From Lentisphaeria bacterium (GTDB taxonomy: Bacteria > Verrucomicrobiota > Lentisphaeria > Victivallales > Victivallaceae), in contig JAFVZG010000067.1 in the NCBI GenBank assembly GCA_017508285.1, positions 1 through 61,776 on the forward strand: DNA of 61,776 nucleotides, in the 5' to 3' direction. Below the pieces are notes generated by a model that was not told the origin of the DNA, searched no databases, and saw only the letters and a program-made list of their open reading frames with translations. Positions 54,607 to 61,776 of the stretch are shown here, piece by piece. The position numbers and the translations under genes were made by a program. How positions within the stretch are numbered: position 1 is the first letter of the stretch; each line of letters starts with the position of its first letter.

Positions 54607-56049
54607 TTATTCTCCGAGTTGTTTTTTCAATTCAGCGACCACCATGCCCGGATTGGCTTTGCCCTTGGTCAGTTTCATCACCTGACCGACAAAGAATTGG
54701 AGGATCTTGGCATTGCCGTTGCGGTACTCATCCAATTGCTTGGTAAATTCACCGAGAACTTGAGTGACCGCACCGGAAATAGCGGAAGTGTCGCTGACCT
54801 GAGCAAGACCTTTTTCATCGATAACGGTATCGGCATCTTTGCCGGTGGCAAACATTTCGGCGAAAACATCTTTGGCGATTTTGCCGTTGATTTTGCCGGA
54901 TTCGATGGCGTTGATCAAACCGGCAAGTTTCTCCGGAGTGACAGGCGCGTCGGCAACTTCGATGCCGGCTTCACCGGTGAGAGCGAGCAGCGAAGAGATG
55001 ATCCAGTTGGCAGCCATTTTCGGAGTCTTTACCAGTTTCGCCGCTGCATCAAAGTAGGCAGCCAACTGCTTGTCGGCAGTCAGAACTCCGGCATCGTAGG
55101 CGGTCAGACCGTAATCATCGCAGAAACGTTGGCGTTTGGCTTCGGGCAATTCCGGCAAGGTGGCACGAATCGCTTCGATCTCTTCGTCAGTAAAGGTCAC
55201 CGGCATCAGATCCGGTTCCGGGAAGTAGCGGTAGTCATGGGCGGATTCTTTGGTGCGCATCAGATAACTTTCGCCCCGATCATCATTCCAGCCGCGGGTC
55301 TCCTGCCGGAGAGTTTCGCCCCGGTCGAGAAGTTCCGCCTGTCTTTCGATCTCATAGTCGATGGCGCGGTGAACGGCACGGAAACTGTTGAGGTTTTTCA
55401 ATTCGATCTTGGTGCCGAATTCTTTCTGACCGACCGGACGCAAAGAGATATTGACATCGCAGCGCATCTGACCTTTTTCCATATCGCAATCGCTGATCTC
55501 TCCGAAGCGCATGATCTCTTTCAGACTGGTCAAATAGGCGTATGCTTCATCGGCACTGCGCAGATCCGGTTCGCCGACGATCTCCATCAAAGGAACACCG
55601 GCGCGGTTGTAGTCAACTCCGCTGTCATGGTGGAAGTGGGTGAGTTTTGCCACATCCTCTTCCAGATGGATACGGGTGATGCCGACATCTTTATCCGGCA
55701 ATTCCGCCCCGGAAAAACCGGTTCCGGAAAGGTGGATCTTGCCGTTGGAACAAAAAGGCAGATCATACTGGGAGATCTGGTAATTTTTGGGCATATCCGG
55801 ATAGAAGTAGTTTTTGCGGTCGAATTTGCTGAATTTGGCAATGGTGCATCCGGTAAGCAGACCGGCTTTGACTGTAGCGTAGATAGCCTCTTTATTCGGC
55901 ACCGGCAAAACTCCGGGATATCCCATGCAGACCGGGCAGACATTGGTATTGGGCTCCGCTCCGAAAGCATTGGCGCATGAGCAGAACATTTTACTGGCAC
56001 TGCGCACCTGGGTATGTACTTCCAGACCGATAATGGCTTCATATTTCAT
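54607..56049 (-). CDS. gatB: Asp-tRNA(Asn)/Glu-tRNA(Gln) amidotransferase subunit B
   Basis: MKYEAIIGLEVHTQ..., DRKNYFYPD.PKNYQISQ and C-terminal YqeY-like domain. Confidence 0.93.
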   Translation of the reverse strand: MKYEAIIGLEVHTQVRSASKMFCSCANAFGAEPNTNVCPVCMGYPGVLPVPNKEAIYATVKAGLLTGCTIAKFSKFDRKNYFYPDMPKNYQISQYDLPFCSNGKIHLSGTGFSGAELPDKDVGITRIHLEEDVAKLTHFHHDSGVDYNRAGVPLMEIVGEPDLRSADEAYAYLTSLKEIMRFGEISDCDMEKGQMRCDVNISLRPVGQKEFGTKIELKNLNSFRAVHRAIDYEIERQAELLDRGETLRQETRGWNDDRGESYLMRTKESAHDYRYFPEPDLMPVTFTDEEIEAIRATLPELPEAKRQRFCDDYGLTAYDAGVLTADKQLAAYFDAAAKLVKTPKMAANWIISSLLALTGEAGIEVADAPVTPEKLAGLINAIESGKINGKIAKDVFAEMFATGKDADTVIDEKGLAQVSDTSAISGAVTQVLGEFTKQLDEYRNGNAKILQFFVGQVMKLTKGKANPGMVVAELKKQLGE

Positions 56050-56092
56050 AGTGCAAAGAATCCTGTTTTAGATAGTTGACATATATACTTAT

Positions 56093-56992
56093 TTATAATG
56101 TAGCACGCAAAAGCAAATTTTCCACCCCTCCGGTATATTTTTCGGCTTCCGGATGCTGATGGCGGAACCATGTCCGCTGTCTTCTGGCATACTGCCAGGT
56201 GGCGGTGCAGATTTTTTGAAAGAGTTCGTCTTTGCCGGTTTTTCCGTCAAGGTAGTCGGCGATCTGCCGGTATCCCAGAGCCTGATGCGCGGTCGGGGTG
56301 GAGAATAACCCTCTGTTTATGGCATTTTCCGCTTCTTCGATCCAACCGGAATCCAGCATCTGTTTTGCGCGTTTGGCGATGCGCTCTTTCAGGATATCAC
56401 TTGCCAAATCAAGGATAAAAGCCGATACATTGTAGCGCAGAGTGTTTTTTCTGCCCTGCTGCAATTCAACGATGGATCTGCCGGTCAGCAAAAAAACTTC
56501 CAGTGCGCGGATCAACCGGCGGCGGCAGAGTTTCCATTTTTCAAAAGCCGCCGGATCAAGGGCGGCAATGCGCTGATGGAGCAAAACTTCTCCGGCATCG
56601 CTGTCATAAAGTTCATCCAGTTCCCGGCGCAGGTCACGGTCGCCGGGCAGATCATCCAGACCGTAGAGCAGGGCTTTCAAATATAAGCCGGTGCCGCCGC
56701 AGAGTATCGGCAGCTTGCCGCGGCTGCGGATGTCGGCAATGATCTTGTCTGCCATGGAACAGAAGCGGAAAACTTCGGAGCGTTCCTGCAAATCATAGAT
56801 GCCGACCAGATGGTGCGGCACCTGTGATTTTTCTTCCGGTGAAGGCTGGGCGGTGCCGATCGGCAGGTCGGCGTAAAGCTGCATGGAATCAACGGAAACG
56901 ATTTCTCCATTCAACTTCAATGCCGCCTGCAGGGCAAGCGCACTTTTGCCGGAAGCCGTTGCTCCGGCAATGACCAGCAACGGTTTATCCAT
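56093..56992 (-). CDS. miaA: tRNA dimethylallyltransferase
   Basis: VIAGATASGKSALAL P-loop and VPHHLVGI, GGTGLY motifs. Confidence 0.9.
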   Translation of the reverse strand: MDKPLLVIAGATASGKSALALQAALKLNGEIVSVDSMQLYADLPIGTAQPSPEEKSQVPHHLVGIYDLQERSEVFRFCSMADKIIADIRSRGKLPILCGGTGLYLKALLYGLDDLPGDRDLRRELDELYDSDAGEVLLHQRIAALDPAAFEKWKLCRRRLIRALEVFLLTGRSIVELQQGRKNTLRYNVSAFILDLASDILKERIAKRAKQMLDSGWIEEAENAINRGLFSTPTAHQALGYRQIADYLDGKTGKDELFQKICTATWQYARRQRTWFRHQHPEAEKYTGGVENLLLRATL

Positions 56993-58088
56993 TGATATAT
57001 TCCCGTTTGACCCGGTTGCCTATCGAACACCAGATGTTGTGACCGTGAGTATTTTTGATTTTTCCCCATTCACCGACGGTGATTTCTTTGTCGCCGCGTT
57101 TGCCAAGCAGCACGACCTCATCTCCGGCGGCAACACAATCAAGGTGAGAGATATCCACAATGGTGTAATCCATGGAGATCCTGCCGATGATCGGGCAGTA
57201 TTCCCCCCGGATTATCACTTTTCCCCGGTTGCTCAGTGCCAGCGGCAAACCGTCGGCGTAACCGGCGGGAAGAACTGCCGCTTTCCGGTGAGCCGGGGTG
57301 ATATATGTCCGGAAATACCCCACCGAATCTCCCGGAGCTAATTCCCGTATTTCGCCGATGACTGTTGCCAACTCCACCACCTGCTTGCAGGGTGCGGAAA
57401 AATCATCACCGTACATCATGCCGCCGGGACGGGCAAGATTGAAAGGTTTATCCGTGGCACGGGGGATCTTGACAATGGCATCCCCTGCGGCATGGTGGTA
57501 ATACTTGAATCTGATACCGGCAGAATCCAGAAGTTCTTTTATCTTCAGAAAACGGTCGATCTGCAGTGACGCAAAGAAGATATCCGGCTGTGAGGCGGTG
57601 GAAAAATGGGAAAAGAGCGAATCCATCTCCAATCCCGGCAGTTTGCTGATCGTTTCGATATATCCGGCAGCCTTTTCCGGTTTGATCCCCAATCTGCCCA
57701 TGCCGGTATCCAGTTTGACGGCGATCCTGACACTTTTATTCTGCCGGATCGCTTCATCGGAAATCATCCGGGCAACTGCGATATTGTCAACCGAACAGAT
57801 TATACCGGCAGCGACCGCTTCCCGGACTTCCCACGGCATAAGAAGACCGAGTATCTGGACATCATCAACCATTTTACGCAACTGCAGTGCTTCATCCAAT
57901 GTGGCGGCGGCGAAGCGGGATGCCCCGGATTTTTTCAGGGTTCCCCCGATCTTTTCCGCCCCCATGCCATAGGCATCGTATTTCAGTACCGGCATCAATT
58001 CACAAGACATCGCGCAACGGCGGATGAATGCGAAGTTCTCCTCCAGTTGCGCGAGATCGATCCGGTAAACGACTCTTGAATCAGTCAT
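56985..58088 (-). CDS. alr: Alanine racemase
   Basis: PVLKYDAYGMG PLP-lysine motif and C-terminal beta domain pattern. Confidence 0.88.
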   Translation of the reverse strand: MTDSRVVYRIDLAQLEENFAFIRRCAMSCELMPVLKYDAYGMGAEKIGGTLKKSGASRFAAATLDEALQLRKMVDDVQILGLLMPWEVREAVAAGIICSVDNIAVARMISDEAIRQNKSVRIAVKLDTGMGRLGIKPEKAAGYIETISKLPGLEMDSLFSHFSTASQPDIFFASLQIDRFLKIKELLDSAGIRFKYYHHAAGDAIVKIPRATDKPFNLARPGGMMYGDDFSAPCKQVVELATVIGEIRELAPGDSVGYFRTYITPAHRKAAVLPAGYADGLPLALSNRGKVIIRGEYCPIIGRISMDYTIVDISHLDCVAAGDEVVLLGKRGDKEITVGEWGKIKNTHGHNIWCSIGNRVKREYING

Positions 58089-58109
58089 TGTTTTCTCCGG
58101 AATATTTAA

Positions 58110-59660
58110 TTATTTTGCGTACTCCACCGACCGGGTTTCACGGATGATGGTGACTTTGATCTGACCGGGATAGGTCATCTCTTTTTCAATACGCGAACAG
58201 ATATCTTTTGCCAGCATCTGAGCATCGCCCTCGTTGACCTTTTCAGGAACGACCACGACCCGGATCTCTCTGCCTGCCTGCAAAGCAAAACAACTTTCCA
58301 CGCCGGGGAAGTCATGGGCAATATTTTCCAACTGTTCCAACCGTTTCAGATAGAGTTCAGTTGTTTCACTGCGGGCACCCGGACGGGATGCGCTGAGGGT
58401 ATCGCAGATATTGATGAGGATATCGTAGAGTGATTCCGGTTCGATTTCGCCGTGGTGGGCGGCAACCGCGTGGACTACATCTTTAGGTTCATTGTATTTG
58501 CGCAATACATCGGCGCCGATCTGAGCATGGGGCCCTTCGACTTCATGGTCGATGGCTTTGCCGAGGTCATGGAAAAGACCGATCCGTTTGGCTTTTTTCT
58601 CATCCAGACCGAGTTCGGCGGCGATGATACCCATGAAGTAGGCAGTTTCCAGAGAGTGCTGCAAAACATTCTGGGAGAAACTGTAACGGTATTTGAGTCT
58701 GCCGAGCATCTTCATGATCTGGGGAGAAACCCCGGGGATGCCGGTTTCAAGCACGGCGGCTTCACCGATCTGGAAAAGTTCCTCTTCCTGCTCTTTGGTG
58801 ATCTTTTTGACCAATTCCTCCACCCTGGTCGGATGGATGCGGCCGTCGCCGATCAATTTTTCCATAAGTTTACGGGCGATCTCTTTGCGCACCGGGTCAA
58901 AGCAACTGATGACCACTGCTTCCGGAGTGTCATCGATCAGGATGCTGACTCCGGTGGCACTTTCGATGGCACGGATATTGCGTCCTTCTCTGCCGATGAT
59001 CCTGCCTTTCATCTCATCGCTGGGCAGCGGGATGGTGGCGGTGGTACGCTCATAGGTGCAGTCAGAAGCATAACGCTGCATGGCATAGGTCAGAATGCGT
59101 CTTGCCTCTTTTTCGCTGCGTTCCCGGACTTCTTCAAGAACATTGCGGACGACCAGCCCAGATTCATTGCGTACTTCGTTTTTCAACTTCTCAAGGAGGA
59201 CTTCTTTTGCCTCTTCTCTGGAGTAACCGCTGATGCGCTCCAATTCATCGATCTGGCGGGAGATACTCTTATTGAGTTCCTGTTCGCGGTTGGAAAGTCT
59301 TTCGCGCAGCTGGGCGATGTCAGCTTCCTGTTTTTCGATATTTTTGAGTTTTGCATCCATGGAATCGGCGCGGCGGTCGAGCAGCTCTTCGCGCTGGGCG
59401 AGGCGTTTTTCCACATTGGATTGTTCACGGCGGCGTTCTTTGAGTTCCGCTTCGCACTCTTCGCGCATTTTGATAGTTTCGCCTTTGGCAGAAACTCTGG
59501 CATCGCGGAGCAAATGCTCCGCTTCGCGTTCAGCATCGGAACGGATTTTTTCTGCACTTCTTCCGGCGGCATCACGACGGATGCGCTGGATCCCCAGCAC
59601 CACTCCCAGCGTGATAACCACAGAAGCCGCAGAAGAAATCGAAATGATCAACATCTCCAT
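58110..59660 (-). CDS. rny: Ribonuclease Y
   Basis: N-terminal TM, a long coiled coil, a KH domain (GRIIGREGRNIRA) and an HD domain (LFHDLGKA). Confidence 0.92.
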   Translation of the reverse strand: MEMLIISISSAASVVITLGVVLGIQRIRRDAAGRSAEKIRSDAEREAEHLLRDARVSAKGETIKMREECEAELKERRREQSNVEKRLAQREELLDRRADSMDAKLKNIEKQEADIAQLRERLSNREQELNKSISRQIDELERISGYSREEAKEVLLEKLKNEVRNESGLVVRNVLEEVRERSEKEARRILTYAMQRYASDCTYERTTATIPLPSDEMKGRIIGREGRNIRAIESATGVSILIDDTPEAVVISCFDPVRKEIARKLMEKLIGDGRIHPTRVEELVKKITKEQEEELFQIGEAAVLETGIPGVSPQIMKMLGRLKYRYSFSQNVLQHSLETAYFMGIIAAELGLDEKKAKRIGLFHDLGKAIDHEVEGPHAQIGADVLRKYNEPKDVVHAVAAHHGEIEPESLYDILINICDTLSASRPGARSETTELYLKRLEQLENIAHDFPGVESCFALQAGREIRVVVVPEKVNEGDAQMLAKDICSRIEKEMTYPGQIKVTIIRETRSVEYAK

Positions 59661-59676
59661 TTGTTTTTCTCCTGTT

Positions 59677-60270
59677 TCAATTATTCCCTGCAATATCAAT
59701 AACTTCCCTTTCGGTCACGATCATCCCCATCGGGGTATCGTGTTCCGCGCCGGGCAATGGAGTTTCTGAAATCTGGCAGGAGTATATAACTGCCACGGGG
59801 GGGATTTTTACTCCGGCGAGCAGACGGTCATAATAGCCGCCGCCGCGCCCCAATCGGCACCCCAGACGGTCACAAGCGACCGCCGGAACCAGAAACAGCA
59901 CTTGGGAAGCAAGAAAGCCGGTATCCGCCGCCGGTAGGGACGGTGACGGTTCCGGGATTCCGTATTTACCCGGCAGCAAATCCCGCTTAAGGTCTTCGAC
60001 GGCAACCATTTCATAAACGCCGGAAAGCGCATCGAAACGCGGCAGAAACAGCCGTTTGCCCCGAAACAGCGGAGAAAGATCGACTTCAGCACCGAAGCGG
60101 ATGAATGCCGCGATGTTTTCAGTAGACTGGAAGGTGGTCAAATTGCGGATATTCTCGCAGATCGCCGCATCAAATTCCCGCCGTTCGCTCTCCGAGAGCA
60201 TTTTACGCCGGGCGGAAAAGATTTGCCGCGCCTCTGCCTTATCCTTGTCAAGTTGCCGAATTCCTGCCAT
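59677..60270 (-). CDS. 5-formyltetrahydrofolate cyclo-ligase
   Basis: GRGGGYYDR signature near the C-terminus. 197 aa. Confidence 0.85.
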   Translation of the reverse strand: MAGIRQLDKDKAEARQIFSARRKMLSESERREFDAAICENIRNLTTFQSTENIAAFIRFGAEVDLSPLFRGKRLFLPRFDALSGVYEMVAVEDLKRDLLPGKYGIPEPSPSLPAADTGFLASQVLFLVPAVACDRLGCRLGRGGGYYDRLLAGVKIPPVAVIYSCQISETPLPGAEHDTPMGMIVTEREVIDIAGNN

Positions 60271-60818
60271 AACCGATTTCTCCGGTGATTTTCAATGGCG
60301 GATCGGGGTTCAACTGACCGCATGGGCGGGGCGAACAATATTCCCATACCCTTGCGGGGATAATGTTGATCCATTCCTTTTTTTTGCATTCCCTTGGGGA
60401 AACTCCTGGTTTCAACAAGAGTTTGCGCTCTTTTATCCGGAGAGCGTTTCCCGGAACTGCCCGGAATGAATAAACTATTTTTTACCCTGAATCAACAGGG
60501 ATTCTCGAACCCGGATTCCCGCACCCGGCATCTTGATTCGCACGGTGCATGAAAGAGCAGTTTTTACTGTTTTTTCCGCACCGCTTTACCGGGGGCATCA
60601 AAATCTCCAATATTATATAAAAGCAAAAAATTGCTGCTGATTATAAATATAATACGGTTTTGTCAAAAATAAAGCCATTTTATGAAAAAAAGTGCAAATA
60701 TTTTGTGAATTTTAATTATTGCAGGAGCGATGATGATTTTTACAGCAAAAAAGGTGTGAAACCGCAGTGAAAAATACTCAAATAATAATTATTGTCCCAT
60801 TTGTTGTGATAAAATCCA

Positions 60819-60949
60819 CCGGGTGCAATCAAATCGTTTTATGTTTTTGACCAATCATAATGTAAGTGATATACTCTATGTGTCGCCATAAAATGTGTTC
60901 ATTCGGTCTTGTATGTATGTTTCACAAAATTTGGGACATTACCAAAAAA
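60819..60949 (+). repeat. Copy 3 of the 131-bp repeat
   Basis: Matches copy 1 at all but 2 positions (T at 60840, C at 60874). -35 is TTGACC (60847-60852) and -10 is TATACT (60870-60875). Confidence 0.9.
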
Positions 60950-60950
60950 T

Positions 60951-60996
60951 AAAAAGGTCTGCCGCTTACCTTTTGAGGTTTGCGACAGACCTTTTT
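60951..60996. terminator. Bidirectional hairpin terminator (pckG on the minus strand; would also stop a transcript from repeat copy 3)
   Basis: aaaaaggtctg (60951-60961) pairs with cagaccttttt (60986-60996), with inner CGC/GCG pairs. On the minus strand the stem is followed by TTTTTATTTTTTGG. Confidence 0.75.
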
Positions 60997-61091
60997 GGCG
61001 TCAGAAAACTTGATCAGGCGAGACGGGCTTCGAGAGCCTCAAGCTGCTTGACCAGCTCCTGCGGAAGACGATCGCCGAATTTGGCATAATG

Positions 61092-61776
61092 TTATTTGAT
61101 CATTGCCAATTCGTTCTTCCAACCGGCGACATCGACTTTGAGCAGTTCTTCCAAGTCGGCGGCGGAGACTTCACCTTCCAGACCATTGATGTCGATGGCA
61201 TCGGTGGTGGGCAGGAAACCGATTTCAGTCTCTTTGGCGTTGCCGGTACCGGCGCAGCGGGCGAATACCCAAGCCAGCACACGACTGTTGTCACCAAAGC
61301 CCGGCCACATGAATTTGCCTTCGGCACTCTTGCGGAACCAGTTGACGCAGAAGATCTTGGGCAGGTTGCCCTGAGCTGCGCCTTTTTTGCCGATTTCCAG
61401 CCAGTGTTTGAAGTAGTCGCCCATGTGATAGCCGCAGAAAGGCAGCATGGCGAAGGGGTCACGACGGACAGTTCCGGCCTTCACGTCGAGGGCAGCTGCG
61501 GTGACTTCAGAACCGACGGTTGAACCGATGAATACACCGTGTTCCCAGTCTTTTGCCTGATAGACCAACGGCAATGTGGTCGGACGGCGACCGCCGAAAA
61601 GGAACGCGCTGATCGGCACACCGGCAGGGTCTTCCCACTCGGGGGCGATCGCCGGGCAGTTGTTGGCTTTGGCGGTGAAACGGGCATTCGGATGAGCGGC
61701 TTTGACCGGTTTGCCGTCAGCATCTACCATATCCGGAGTCCAGTCATTGCCTTTCCAGTCAATGAGGTGAGCCGGA
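61092..61776 (-). CDS. pckG: Phosphoenolpyruvate carboxykinase (GTP), C-terminal part; 5' end beyond the window
   Basis: ...[33 protein letters not shown]...FLFGGRRP...VNWFRK.. are typical GTP-PEPCK motifs. The frame stays open to position 61776. Confidence 0.9.
   Translation of the reverse strand, partial: PAHLIDWKGNDWTPDMVDADGKPVKAAHPNARFTAKANNCPAIAPEWEDPAGVPISAFLFGGRRPTTLPLVYQAKDWEHGVFIGSTVGSEVTAAALDVKAGTVRRDPFAMLPFCGYHMGDYFKHWLEIGKKGAAQGNLPKIFCVNWFRKSAEGKFMWPGFGDNSRVLAWVFARCAGTGNAKETEIGFLPTTDAIDINGLEGEVSAADLEELLKVDVAGWKNELAMIK

Noticed and set aside
54589-55980. 463-aa ORF on the plus strand.
   Set aside because: It lies entirely antisense to gatB, whose homology is unambiguous. The translation is low-complexity (rich in G, F, D, R, I) with no recognisable motifs, typical of a stop-poor antisense frame.
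58452-59702. 416-aa ORF on the plus strand.
   Set aside because: It is antisense to rny (RNase Y, with clear KH and HD motifs). The translation is a repetitive F/D/G-rich shadow ORF.
101-60949. Could the three 131-bp repeats be a CRISPR array, IS ends or MITEs?
   Set aside because: The copies are 19-42 kb apart, so they are not an array. All are in direct orientation, and I could see no terminal inverted repeats or target-site duplications. No transposase, integrase or cas gene is in the window. A mobile origin elsewhere in the genome cannot be excluded.
60895-61089. 64-aa ORF starting inside repeat copy 3; also 60056-60469 (137 aa) and 60138-60389 (83 aa).
   Set aside because: The first runs through a terminator hairpin. 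The other two largely overlap the 5-FCL gene, antisense or out of frame. None has an SD or recognisable motifs.

Overview
This 61.8-kb window is chromosomal DNA with no rRNA genes, CRISPR arrays, transposases, integrases or recognisable phage or defence genes. The repeated prepilin-type N-termini ([32 protein letters not shown]) point to a PVC-superphylum organism, most plausibly Lentisphaerota/Victivallales; this rests on remembered family patterns, not a search. I call about 58 protein genes, one tRNA-Lys(CTT) and several sigma70-like promoters and hairpin terminators.

Layout:
- 0.3-7.4 kb: a GntR regulator, pseudopilin-like gene and large secreted glycosidase-like protein, plus tRNA-Lys and GspG-like proteins.
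- 7.4-10.6 kb: ddh, a HAD hydrolase and an SNF transporter.
- 10.6-17.7 kb: a six-gene complex-I / group-4-hydrogenase-like operon.
- 17.9-21.3 kb: a MacAB-type efflux system.
- 21.3-23.4 kb: a split ppk1.
- 24-26.8 kb: aroE, a prepilin peptidase, a dCMP deaminase and a heptose adenylyltransferase.
- 26.9-38.3 kb: an accessory-looking locus with a pseudopilin-like gene, an M14 peptidase-like gene, a 1086-aa secreted propeller protein, a five-gene translationally coupled enzyme cassette and an AraC regulator.
- 38.3-41.7 kb: rfbBACD.
- 42-47.5 kb: an AAC(3)-family gene, a GH78-like gene, a hypothetical, a Gfo/Idh/MocA oxidoreductase and a second AraC regulator.
- 47.5-60.3 kb: a minus-strand housekeeping block (rlmH, two glycosyltransferases, xseA, tsaB, lysA, recO, gatB, miaA, alr, rny, 5-FCL).
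- Right edge: a truncated GTP-PEPCK.

Most notable observations:
1. A 131-bp module occurs three times. Each copy is a promoter joined to a 75-nt segment that is identical in all copies, making it a candidate multicopy sRNA or leader. One copy sits directly upstream of the AAC(3) gene.
2. The hydrogenase-like operon lacks all four [NiFe]-ligating cysteines in its large subunit. It looks like an Ehr-type complex of unknown function.
3. The leader-coding regions of the pseudopilin-like genes carry strong, partly mutually exclusive palindromes. One of these genes has two FTLIELL motifs.
4. Two promoters in the accessory locus are preceded by related direct repeats with 21-bp phasing, an AraC-like site architecture.
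5. ppk1 is split at an A4 run, with an ATGA stop/start overlap.

All functional calls come from reading the ORF translations against remembered family motifs. No database search or folding calculation was run.
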